Source: Verrucomicrobiota bacterium
GTDB lineage: Bacteria; Verrucomicrobiota; Kiritimatiellia; CAIQIC01; JAGNIJ01
Direction: 5' to 3'
Length of the DNA: 64,000 nucleotides
Assembly (NCBI GenBank): GCA_036821485.1
Contig: DAISJM010000001.1
Span: 140,313 to 204,312, forward strand
A program made the position numbers and the translations under genes. Below, piece after piece: positions 36,752 through 45,507 of the stretch. The stretch's first letter is position 1, and each line of letters starts with the position of its first letter. The notes under the pieces are model-generated. The model did no database searches. It was not told the DNA's origin and saw only the letters and a program-made list of their open reading frames with translations.

Positions 36752-36884
36752 ACGGCCCTCCTCTCCGTTCTCGATATGGCGTGGGTAGGGCGTGCTCTCC
36801 GAGCGCGCCGTATGTCACGCGGACGGCTCGGCGAGCCGTCCCTACCAAGTTGGTCTCAATCGCAATCCACACATTCTTCTTCAT
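36732..36884 (-). CDS. 50-aa small ORF (MKKNVWIAIETNL...) carrying an in-frame REP doublet
   Basis: Strong AAAGGAG RBS before ATG 36884; stop overlaps the aminotransferase start; not in the ORF track. Confidence 0.4.
   Translation of the reverse strand: MKKNVWIAIETNLVGTARRAVRVTYGALGEHALPTPYRERRGGPYDHNPD
36784..36846. repeat. Inward-facing GTAG-type REP doublet
   Basis: GGTAGGG-CGTGCTCTCCGAGCGCGCC ... GGACGGCTCGGCGAGCCGT-CCCTACC. Confidence 0.75.
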
Positions 36885-36920
36885 CTCGTTCTCCTTTGGG
36901 TTGGGGTTTCACTACACGCA

Positions 36921-36952
36921 GAAGGCCTTCCGGGTTTCCCCGGAAGGCCTTC
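36921..36952 (-). promoter_or_regulatory. Perfect 14-bp stem GAAA-tetraloop hairpin in the aminotransferase leader (attenuator-like)
   Basis: GAAGGCCTTCCGGG-GAAA-CCCGGAAGGCCTTC on the minus strand; weak U-tract. Confidence 0.45.
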
Positions 36953-37176
36953 AAACTGAAGTCAGTTATGGAAGACGCCTACGGAGAAGCCCCGGGGGCC
37001 GCGGCCAACATGGCTACGGCGACGGAGTTCTTCGCGCAGGAGATAATGGAATTGCAGAAAAAGCCCGTGCGCGGAAGCCGACGGCTTTCGCGTTCGCGGT
37101 GCGTAGATGTGTGACTGCAATTCATGTTCAGGCGATTAAATACGCCGATGGATCGGACAAGTAAAGCAGGATTGGA

Positions 37177-38844
37177 TCAGGGCGCAGTCGCGGCAGCCGG
37201 GTAATGCGTCACGATGGTTGAGGGCTGGATGCGGTCTCCGAACCAGCGCACGCGCAAATCCCACGCCATGGCGAGGACCCTGGCGCCGAATCGGACGAAG
37301 CGTTCCTTGGCTTCGATGGGTCCAAGCTCGCGTCGCTCCTTTTCGAGGGCCAGCGCGCGCTGCCGTTCCGTCTCGTTCACTGCGCGCCGGGCGATGACGG
37401 GAAGAAGTTGTGAGTATTCCCGGGCTCGCGCGCGAAGTTGCTGGAATCGGGCTTCGGTGCAGGCATCTCTCGACTTCATGGCCGCCAGCGTGTGGTATCC
37501 GCGGAAAGAGGTTTCGATCATCCGGTAAATGGAACTGGAGTTGACCTCGAAGTCTTTCTGAAAGGCGTAATCGAGCCAGATTTTCGCCTCGCCGTCGGGG
37601 AAGGCCGGATGGTTCCAGTTCATCAGGTTCTGCCCATGCCATTCCTCGAACGGCACATCCGGGTTCAGCAGCCCGCGGGCCTTGTGGTCCTCGTAGAGTT
37701 GCGTCACGGGCATGCCGGTGTAGAGCATGAACTGGCAGAAGTCCGTCTGCAGGCCGACGACATAGTCAATCTCGCCGGCGATGTTGTCGGGCGTGTGATG
37801 TTCCATGCACATGATGGCCGAGCCGAGGACGGAGATGCCGTGGTCGCGCAGTTCGCGGACGAGGCGGGCGGCGTCGATGCCGGTATTCTTCGCGAAGAGC
37901 TTCTCGGTGTTGGGCGATTCGAACCCGATCCAGACGAAGACCACGCCGAGCCGCATCATGTTCTCGACGCCGAAGGCGGTGATCGCCTCGGCCGAGGATG
38001 AAATGTAGAAGCGGAACCACCGCTGATGTTTCTCCATCAGCGCCAGCAGATCCAGCGCGCGGGCGCGGTCCTTCAGGAAGTTCTCGTCCATGATGTAGAA
38101 CTCGGGCGTGCCGCGTGCGTCGGCGATCCGGCAGCATTCTTCGAAGACATCCTTGCCGGTGCGGAGGAACGAGACATAGGCCTTCTCAAAGAAGTGCGAT
38201 GTGCAGCAGAAGTTGCATCCGTTTACGCAGCCGAGGCCTGGCACGAGTACGCTCGGCGTCGCGCCGGGGATCGGGATGCCGAAGATACTGCCGTACTCGC
38301 TGCTCGGCATGATGGGGTGTGTGATCGGGGCCTCGGTGTCCTGACCGAGAAATTGGCGCATCCAGCGGATGCCTTCCCCGCGGGCGACATGGTCGCATTC
38401 GATCAGTTTGTCGACGCCCTCGATGGCCGCGCCGTGTCCACCGAGGACGATGACGGAATCGGGCGAGTGGAGCCGGATCAGCCGCGCCATTTCGCGGGCC
38501 TTCAGAAAATTGGGGGTGATGAACGAGATGCCGATGATGTCGTAGTGGTTCCGGAGCTCGCGGATGAAACGCTCCTTGGAAGGGAAGTCGAGGATCGTGG
38601 TGTCGGCGTGGATGTTGGCGGCAATGAAGTAGAGGCCGAACGAGCGGTGATGAAATCGCAATGAAGCCGGTCCCTGGATGCGGGTGACCTGGTTGTGGTA
38701 GAGCTCCATGAGATTCTCTTTGCGCCCGTATTCGTCGTCCACGCCATACGGTCCAAAGACTCCGCAAAGAAGGACGCGGGGGACCTGGCCCGAGAAACTT
38801 CGTGCCTTGCGGTCTGCGCTTTCGGGGTGTGATGCCTGTTGCAT
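37177..38844 (-). CDS. B12-binding radical SAM protein
   Basis: N-terminal cobalamin-binding region (IGISF...VLGGHGA); GLGCVNGCNFC; FYIMDENF. Confidence 0.85.
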   Translation of the reverse strand: MQQASHPESADRKARSFSGQVPRVLLCGVFGPYGVDDEYGRKENLMELYHNQVTRIQGPASLRFHHRSFGLYFIAANIHADTTILDFPSKERFIRELRNHYDIIGISFITPNFLKAREMARLIRLHSPDSVIVLGGHGAAIEGVDKLIECDHVARGEGIRWMRQFLGQDTEAPITHPIMPSSEYGSIFGIPIPGATPSVLVPGLGCVNGCNFCCTSHFFEKAYVSFLRTGKDVFEECCRIADARGTPEFYIMDENFLKDRARALDLLALMEKHQRWFRFYISSSAEAITAFGVENMMRLGVVFVWIGFESPNTEKLFAKNTGIDAARLVRELRDHGISVLGSAIMCMEHHTPDNIAGEIDYVVGLQTDFCQFMLYTGMPVTQLYEDHKARGLLNPDVPFEEWHGQNLMNWNHPAFPDGEAKIWLDYAFQKDFEVNSSSIYRMIETSFRGYHTLAAMKSRDACTEARFQQLRARAREYSQLLPVIARRAVNETERQRALALEKERRELGPIEAKERFVRFGARVLAMAWDLRVRWFGDRIQPSTIVTHYPAAATAP

Positions 38845-38895
38845 GAACGCCTTCCGTGGTGAGCCCACGCGGATAGAGTAACCCGTCGATGCGGC

Positions 38896-40146
38896 TTATT
38901 CAATGCGGCTGTCGGGTTTGTCCGCCGGCAGCACGAGATTGAGGATGACGCCGAGGAGTCCCGCGAGGCCGATGCCGCTCAACGTGAGGCGGCCGCAGCA
39001 GAGCTCCATGTCGCCGATGCCGGCGACGAGAATAACCGCGGCAATCACGAGGTTGCGTGGGCGAGACATGTCCACATTCCCCCTGATCAACGCGCCGACG
39101 CCGATGACGGCGATCATGCCGAAAAGCAGGATAAGGATGCCGCCCATGACCGGTGTCGGGATGGTCTTGAGCAGGCCGCCGAGCTTGCCGACGAAGGCGA
39201 GGAGAATGGCGGTCACGGCCGCAATGCGCATGTAGACCGGGTCGAACGCGCGGGTCAGCGCGACGGCGCCGGTGACTTCGGAGTAGGTCGTATTGGGCGG
39301 TCCGCCGAGCAGCGCTGCGAGCGAAGTGGCCAGCCCGTCGCCGAGCAGGGTCCGGTGCAGGCCGGGGCTCTTGATGAAGTCCTTGCCGGTCACCGACGAG
39401 ATCGCGAGGATGTCGCCCACGTGTTCGATGGCAGGGGCGATCGCTACGGGCAGCATGAACACGATGGCCGTCCACTCAAAACGCGGAATGGCGAACGAGC
39501 CGTTGGCTACGGCGATATCCCAGGGGTTGGAAATCCACGCCGCGGAGTAGACCGCCGAGAAATCGATCACGCCCATGAAGAACGCGAAGACATAACCGAC
39601 CGCGATGCCGCAGAGGATGGGGATGACGCGGATGAGCCCCTTGCCGAACATGACGGCGATGATGGCCGTGGCGAGCGAGATGGTGGAGAGGAGCATTGCG
39701 CGCGCGTCCATGCAGCCGGACCCGTCGAAGCTGCGCGCCATGCGCACGGCGACGGGCGCGAGCTTGAGACCGATCACCATGATGACGGGCCCGGTGACGA
39801 TCGGTGGCAGGTATTTCTTGATCGTGCCGATGCCGCCGAGCCGGACGCCCGCGCTGAGGAGCGTGTAGACCAGCCCCGTGCATATCAGCGCGCCGAGCGT
39901 CGCAGCCACGCCAAACGTTTTCATGCCATATTGAATCGGCGCGATGAAGGCAAACGAGCTGGCGAGGAAGATGGGGATCGTTCCGCCGGTGATGAGTTGG
40001 AAGAGCAGGGTACCTGCGCCCGCGGTCAGGAGGGCCAATGATGGATCGAGCCCGGTCAGCAGGGGAACCAGCACGAGTGCACCGAAAGCGACGAAAAGCA
40101 TCTGCACGCCAAGAATAGTCTTCTGCACGGGAGAGACAACATCCAT
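38896..40146 (-). CDS. uraA: Uracil/xanthine (NAT/NCS2) permease
   Basis: QMLFVAFGALVLVP, SSFAFIAP, EHVGD and NAT signature TTYSEVTG. Confidence 0.9.
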   Translation of the reverse strand: MDVVSPVQKTILGVQMLFVAFGALVLVPLLTGLDPSLALLTAGAGTLLFQLITGGTIPIFLASSFAFIAPIQYGMKTFGVAATLGALICTGLVYTLLSAGVRLGGIGTIKKYLPPIVTGPVIMVIGLKLAPVAVRMARSFDGSGCMDARAMLLSTISLATAIIAVMFGKGLIRVIPILCGIAVGYVFAFFMGVIDFSAVYSAAWISNPWDIAVANGSFAIPRFEWTAIVFMLPVAIAPAIEHVGDILAISSVTGKDFIKSPGLHRTLLGDGLATSLAALLGGPPNTTYSEVTGAVALTRAFDPVYMRIAAVTAILLAFVGKLGGLLKTIPTPVMGGILILLFGMIAVIGVGALIRGNVDMSRPRNLVIAAVILVAGIGDMELCCGRLTLSGIGLAGLLGVILNLVLPADKPDSRIE

Positions 40147-40204
40147 GACCGGGCCTCCTTGCGCCTGATCTTGCCGACTCCGGCCGCAAAATCAACACGA
40201 CAGT

Positions 40205-41362
40205 TCAGGCACGGGCTGCGTCGGTCAGATTGTGCGACTGGGCCGTGGGGTCCCAGATCACCTGGTTCTTGTAGGGGCAGTTTCCGCAGTACGGGATGCT
40301 GTCGATGTCGGTCTTGTACTGCCGGCGGAATGCCCGTGCGGTCGCATTGTTCCAGCACTCCGTGAGCGGCGTGGGATCGTCGAGGCGCGCGAGTATGTGA
40401 TTTCGTTCCAGATCGAATTCGCATGGGACGATGACGCCATCGGCAAACACGTGCGCGCGACGCCACGGCCGGTAGCAGTAGAAGGGGCGTGGGATGTCCG
40501 TTACCTGGTCCGAGGTTTCGTTCATCGCATAGCGCTGAAACTGCGCAAGGGTCGGGAAGTCCGGATTGCGGCCGCCCTTGCGGTAATCGCACAGCGTCTT
40601 GTAAGAGACAATATCTACGCCGAGCTTTTTGCCCGTTTCCAGAAACTCGTCCACCTGGTGCTGGTTGTGGCGCATGACCAACATGCGCATGTTGATCAGC
40701 GGGCTCGACAGGCCCAGCCGTTGTTTCGTTGCCACCAGCCGCCGGATGTTGTCGAGGACGAGTTCCAGCCGTCCGCCGATGCGGTACTTGCCGTAGGTCT
40801 CCTGGTCGAGTCCGTCCACGGCGACGATGAGCTGTGACAGGCCGCACCGGACGAGTTCCTCCAGTTCGGCGTCATCCATCTTCACATTGCCGTTGGTGCT
40901 ACAGATGACGACGATGTCCTTCGCGCGGGCGAGGCGGATCATGTCGTACACCTTCTTATTAAGGAGAGGTTCGCCCCAGCCCCAGAGCCAGATCACGGTC
41001 AGGTAATCGCCAAGCTCGTCGATGATCCGGCGGAACATCTCGAGCGTCATGTAGCGAGATTGGGCCTTGTGTGCCGGGTCGTTGGTCCAGCAGCCGGTGC
41101 AGTTGAGGTTGCAGAGATCCGTGGGTTCGATCATCAGGCCGGTCGGCTGGGACCACACGCGTTCGCCGCGCAGGAGGTGGTCCACGCCGGCCTTGAGCAG
41201 ATTCCATTTCCGTCGGGCGGGTACGTGGCGGATGTTCCAGACCTTGCCCTCGCAGTAGAACGACAGTTTCGAGCGCAGCAGGAGGTGCAGCATCGCGCGC
41301 AAGCCGAACTGATTCTTGGGATAGACGCCGGTCTTCCTCATGGATGGGGCATCATACCTCAT
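40205..41362 (-). CDS. Radical SAM protein with SPASM/twitch domain
   Basis: IEPTDLCNLNCTGC, GWGEPLLN; C-terminal C..PW....V..DG.IVPC...CGNC. Confidence 0.85.
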   Translation of the reverse strand: MRYDAPSMRKTGVYPKNQFGLRAMLHLLLRSKLSFYCEGKVWNIRHVPARRKWNLLKAGVDHLLRGERVWSQPTGLMIEPTDLCNLNCTGCWTNDPAHKAQSRYMTLEMFRRIIDELGDYLTVIWLWGWGEPLLNKKVYDMIRLARAKDIVVICSTNGNVKMDDAELEELVRCGLSQLIVAVDGLDQETYGKYRIGGRLELVLDNIRRLVATKQRLGLSSPLINMRMLVMRHNQHQVDEFLETGKKLGVDIVSYKTLCDYRKGGRNPDFPTLAQFQRYAMNETSDQVTDIPRPFYCYRPWRRAHVFADGVIVPCEFDLERNHILARLDDPTPLTECWNNATARAFRRQYKTDIDSIPYCGNCPYKNQVIWDPTAQSHNLTDAARA

Positions 41363-41442
41363 GCCGCGGGCACTGCAATTCGGGAACGACGTTCATGCTC
41401 GTGCTTGACGCTGGGGCGGCGCTTTGATACTTACGCGCACCC

Positions 41443-41571
41443 ATGGGACAACAACTCAGAATTCGTGGTAAGCGGGCAGCGCGCAAGCGACGTGTGAAGA
41501 GGCAGAAGGCCGCAAAGCGGGCCCAAAGCCAGAAGAAGAAAGTCGCTGCGCCGGCTCAGCCTGCCACCTGA
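41443..41571 (+). CDS. 42-aa highly basic small protein (MGQQLRIRGKRAARKRRVKRQK...)
   Basis: Below the ORF-track cut-off; TTGACG promoter element at 41405; 15 K/R residues in 42 aa. Confidence 0.6.
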   Translation: MGQQLRIRGKRAARKRRVKRQKAAKRAQSQKKKVAAPAQPAT

Positions 41572-41631
41572 TCCTCCTCGGGTCGTTCAGGAATCGTTGA
41601 TCACGCGGGCTCACCCGCGTCGTCGCCTGTT

Positions 41632-41681
41632 TTTTCCAATGCTTGGAAAAACGGGCCGCACTTTTTCCAACCCTTGGAAAA
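41632..41681. repeat. TTTTCCAA-N3-TTGGAAAA palindrome doublet, 31-bp period
   Basis: Units at 41632 and 41663 with a 12-bp spacer, about 57 bp upstream of the E1 alpha start. Confidence 0.9.
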
Positions 41682-41738
41682 CTCCCGATTTCATTTCGTC
41701 TTTACCCTCTTTGGTGCGCTGGCTAGACTTGGGGGGCT

Positions 41739-42719
41739 GTGAATAGCGATACAAAAAGCCTGCCGAAGGGCGCATGGGTTGATCTCGTGCGCTGCATGCA
41801 GCTTTCCCGACTGATCGAGGATCGGCTGGTGCGGCTTTACCACCAGGGCCGTATCTTCGGCGGCGTCTACACCGGCATTGGGCAGGAAGCGGTGGGCGCA
41901 GCTACGGCGATGGCTTCCGGCAAGAATGATCTTCTTTCCCCGCTGATTCGCGACATGACCGTTCACCTCGCGCGCGGGCAGACCGCGCTCAACATTTTCC
42001 GTCAGTATCTCGGCCGTGCGACCGGACCGACGCGTGGTCGCGACGGCAACGTGCACCACGGCTCTGCTGCGCAGGGCGTTTATGCGATGATTTCCCATCT
42101 CGGCGCGATGCTGCCGGTGCTGGTGGGCGGCGTCATGGCGCGCCGGCGGCAGGGGCGCGATACCATCGGCCTTGGCTATATCGGTGATGGCGCGACGAGC
42201 ACGGGCGATTTTCACGAGTCGGTCAATTTCGCCGCCGTGTTCGACGTCCCCGTGATTTTCGTCATCGAGAACAACAAGTACGCCTACTCGACGCCCAACA
42301 GCACGCAGTTCCGCTGCGCGCGCCTGGCCGACCGCGCGGCGGGTTACGGGATCGAGGGCATCACGACGGACGGCAATGACGCCATCGCCCTGCATCTTCT
42401 CGCGCGCGAGTTGATCGCATCGATCCGTGCCAAGCCGCGGCCGATTTTGCTGGAGTGCGATACGCTTCGCATGCGCGGCCATGGCGAGCATGACGACAGC
42501 TCCTACGTGCCGAAGGAATTGAAGGAACACTACGCGGCCCGCGATCCGCTCCGGCTCATTCGTGATCGGCTGGTGAAGGACGGCGTGGCGAAAGCTGCGG
42601 AGTGGGATGTTTTGGAACGGGACTGTCTGGCCGTGGTGGATCGCGCCTATCACGAGGCGCTCGCCGACCCGCGGCCCGATCCATCCACTCTCACGGAGGG
42701 CGTCTATGCCGATGCGTGA
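41739..42719 (+). CDS. pdhA: 2-oxoacid (pyruvate/branched-chain) dehydrogenase E1 alpha
   Basis: GQEAV; TPP motif GDGATSTGDFHE...ENN; RMRGHGEHDD. Confidence 0.85.
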   Translation: MNSDTKSLPKGAWVDLVRCMQLSRLIEDRLVRLYHQGRIFGGVYTGIGQEAVGAATAMASGKNDLLSPLIRDMTVHLARGQTALNIFRQYLGRATGPTRGRDGNVHHGSAAQGVYAMISHLGAMLPVLVGGVMARRRQGRDTIGLGYIGDGATSTGDFHESVNFAAVFDVPVIFVIENNKYAYSTPNSTQFRCARLADRAAGYGIEGITTDGNDAIALHLLARELIASIRAKPRPILLECDTLRMRGHGEHDDSSYVPKELKEHYAARDPLRLIRDRLVKDGVAKAAEWDVLERDCLAVVDRAYHEALADPRPDPSTLTEGVYADA

Positions 42720-43689
42720 GATCACCTATTTGGATGGTATCAGCGAGGGGCTGCGCCGCCTGATGCGCGAGCGGCCCGATGTCGTGATTTACGGCGAGGA
42801 TGTCGGCAAGTTTGGCGGCGCGTTCAAGGTCACGCTGGGGTTCCAGGAGGAGTTTGGAGTCGAACGCGTGTTTGACACGCCGATCAGCGAATCGGCCATC
42901 TTGGGCTCGGCGATCGGCATGGCGACGCAGGGTTTGCGGCCGGTGGTGGAACTGCAGTTCGTGGATTTCGGTACGACGGCGCTGCATCACATCCTCAACA
43001 ACGCGGGGACGACACATTATCGGACGGGCGTGCCGGTGCCGATGACCGTGCGGGCGCCGTGCGGTGGCGGATTCGGCGGCGGACCGTTCCACTCCGAGGA
43101 GCTGGAGGCGATCTTCTGCAACATGCCCGGCATCAAGGTGGTCTATCCGGCGTTTCCGTCCGATGCGCGCGGATTGATCTATTCCTCGGTACTCGACCCG
43201 AATCCGGTGATCTTCCTTGAGAACAAGTACCTCTATCGGCACGTGAAGGAACTGGTGTCGGAGAAATTCGAACCCATTCCTCTGGGTGCGGCGCGCGTTT
43301 GCCGGGCCGGCCGGGACGCGGTGATCCTGACGTACGGCGCGATGGTGCATGAATCGCTTCGCGCGGCGGAGCGGCTGTCGGCGGACGAGGGGCACGAGGT
43401 CATGGTGCTCGACCTCCGCACGCTGAAGCCGTTCGATGCGGATGCCGTGCTGACCGCGGTGGCGGCGACAAACCGAGTGCTGATCGTTCACGAAGGGTGG
43501 CGGACGAACGGATTTGGCGGCGAGTTGGCCGCGCTCGTGGCGGACCGCGCGTTCCATCTTCTCGACGCGCCGGTACGACGTGTGGCGGCGCCGGATGTGC
43601 CGGTGCCGTTTGCGCCGGAACTCGAAAACGTCTACCGTCCGAACGCCGAGCGCATTGAGCAGGCGCTGGTGGATTTGATAGAATACTAA
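42712..43689 (+). CDS. pdhB: 2-oxoacid dehydrogenase E1 beta
   Basis: GEDVG..GGAFKVT, DTPISE, ELQFVDF, GGPFHSE and DLRTLKP motifs. Confidence 0.88.
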   Translation: MREITYLDGISEGLRRLMRERPDVVIYGEDVGKFGGAFKVTLGFQEEFGVERVFDTPISESAILGSAIGMATQGLRPVVELQFVDFGTTALHHILNNAGTTHYRTGVPVPMTVRAPCGGGFGGGPFHSEELEAIFCNMPGIKVVYPAFPSDARGLIYSSVLDPNPVIFLENKYLYRHVKELVSEKFEPIPLGAARVCRAGRDAVILTYGAMVHESLRAAERLSADEGHEVMVLDLRTLKPFDADAVLTAVAATNRVLIVHEGWRTNGFGGELAALVADRAFHLLDAPVRRVAAPDVPVPFAPELENVYRPNAERIEQALVDLIEY

Positions 43690-43704
43690 CAAGGCGATGA
43701 TTTC

Positions 43705-44997
43705 ATGACACAGGTTTCCGTCATCATGCCGCAGATGGGGCAGAGCGTGGCCGAGGGGACGATCCTTCGCTGGCTCAAGAAAGTCGGCGAGGAAGTGAAG
43801 GCCGACGAAATCCTTCTCGAGGTGGAGACGGACAAGACCACCGTCGAAGTCGAGAGTCCTGCGGAAGGGCGACTGGTGACATGCCTGAAACAGGCCGGCG
43901 AGATTGCCGCGGCGGGGGAGACCATTGCGATGATCGAAGCGGAGGTTGCCCCGGCGGAAGCCCCGATGGCGCAACCGAAAGCCAACGCGCCGCACGGCGG
44001 CGCGGCGCAGCCCGAAGCGCGGCTGGTTCATGTGCAGGACCTCGATCCCTATCATAACAGCGCGCCGCTGCCCGAAATGGACCGCGACCGCTATTCGCCT
44101 TACGTGCTGCGGCTGGCGATGTTCAACAACGTGTCGCTGCAGGATCTGGAGCAGATCCAGGGCACGGGCCGGCAGGGCCGCGTGACGAAGAACGACGTGC
44201 TGCAGTTCCTCGCGCGGCGGCCGATTGCCGCGCCGACGGTGCAGGCGCTTGCGGGCAAGGAAGACCTTTCGACCTCGGATATGGCGGCGTTGGGCGAGGT
44301 CATGCCGATGAGCACGTTGCGGCGGACGATCGCGGATCATATGGTGCAATCCATCCGCACCAGCGCGCACGTGACCATGGTTCATGCGGTGGACCTGACG
44401 AACGTCGTGCTGTTGCGCGAGAGGATCAAGGATGAGTTCCTCAAGAAGTACAACGCGCGTATGACGTACACGGCGGTGATCCTGTTTGCCGCTTCCCGCG
44501 TGCTGAAGAAGTTCCCAAAGATCAACGCGTCGATCCACGGCACCAACATCATTTTCCGCAAGGACATCAATATCGGCTGCGCCGTGGCGCTGGCCGACGA
44601 ATCGCTGGTGGTGCCTGTCGTCCGCAATGCGGACCGGTTGAGTTTTCCCGAGATTGCGCAGGAGTTGGCGCGGCTGATCGATATCGCGCGTCGCAAGCAG
44701 TTGAAGCGGGAGGACGTGGATAATGGCACGTTCACGATCTCCAACTTCGGGTCGTTCGGCAGCTTGATTGGTACGCCGATCATCAACCAGCCGCAGGTGG
44801 CGATTCTGGGTATGGGGGCGGTCCGCAAGGCGCCGGTGGTGGTGGACGGGCAGATTGCCGTGCACGATCAACTCTACCTCAGCTTCTCGTTCGATCACCG
44901 GATCATTGACGGCGACCTCGGCGGCCGGTTCCTGAACGAGATCCAGCAGGTCGCGGAATCGCTCTCCGAGGAAACGTTGAGCGTTCACGTGTTGTGA
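43705..44997 (+). CDS. pdhC: Dihydrolipoamide acyltransferase E2
   Basis: Lipoyl EVETDKT; E3-binding GTGRQGRVTKND; catalytic SFDHRIIDG. Confidence 0.88.
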   Translation: MTQVSVIMPQMGQSVAEGTILRWLKKVGEEVKADEILLEVETDKTTVEVESPAEGRLVTCLKQAGEIAAAGETIAMIEAEVAPAEAPMAQPKANAPHGGAAQPEARLVHVQDLDPYHNSAPLPEMDRDRYSPYVLRLAMFNNVSLQDLEQIQGTGRQGRVTKNDVLQFLARRPIAAPTVQALAGKEDLSTSDMAALGEVMPMSTLRRTIADHMVQSIRTSAHVTMVHAVDLTNVVLLRERIKDEFLKKYNARMTYTAVILFAASRVLKKFPKINASIHGTNIIFRKDINIGCAVALADESLVVPVVRNADRLSFPEIAQELARLIDIARRKQLKREDVDNGTFTISNFGSFGSLIGTPIINQPQVAILGMGAVRKAPVVVDGQIAVHDQLYLSFSFDHRIIDGDLGGRFLNEIQQVAESLSEETLSVHVL

Positions 44998-45099
44998 GCG
45001 GACCCGGCGGCCTGCGGGAAGATTTCAGCGGCCGCAACCATTCGGTACGTGACATCGTTCGCGGCCTCTCCTATGCTTTGAATCGACAGGGGTAACGCC

Positions 45100-45453
45100 A
45101 TGATTCTGGTGGTAGACGACGACAAAGTTCTGACTCAGCTTCTGAAGACGCTGCTCGAAGATGCGGGCTACGAGGTCCACATCGCTCACGACGGCGAAAC
45201 GGCCTACAAGCACCTCCGGGACCCCAAATGCCGCGGCATGCTCCTGGATATCCGTATGCCGGGCATCAACGGCGCCGAACTGCTCATGCTCATGGCGGCA
45301 GAGGGCATCAAGGTGCCCGTCATCGTCATGGCCGGGTTCCCGGATTTTGACGAAGAAGAGATGAAGCAGTTTCCCAATGTCAGGAAGCTCTTCCACAAAC
45401 CGCTTTATCCCGAAGCCGTTCTTGCGGCGGTGCGTGAATACGCGCACAAGTAG
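45100..45453 (+). CDS. Single-domain response regulator (CheY-like)
   Basis: ILVVDDD, LLDIRMPGING and KPL motifs. Confidence 0.88.
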   Translation: MILVVDDDKVLTQLLKTLLEDAGYEVHIAHDGETAYKHLRDPKCRGMLLDIRMPGINGAELLMLMAAEGIKVPVIVMAGFPDFDEEEMKQFPNVRKLFHKPLYPEAVLAAVREYAHK

Positions 45454-45507
45454 AGCCCATCCGAGCGTTCTTGACCCGCTGTCGAATCCCCGCCATAACA
45501 TGCTTTC

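Noticed and set aside
40205-41571. 42-aa ORF as RiPP precursor for the divergent SPASM enzyme
   Set aside because: The peptide has no Cys, aromatic or acidic leader features, is divergently transcribed with its own promoter, and no RRE, protease or exporter is nearby.
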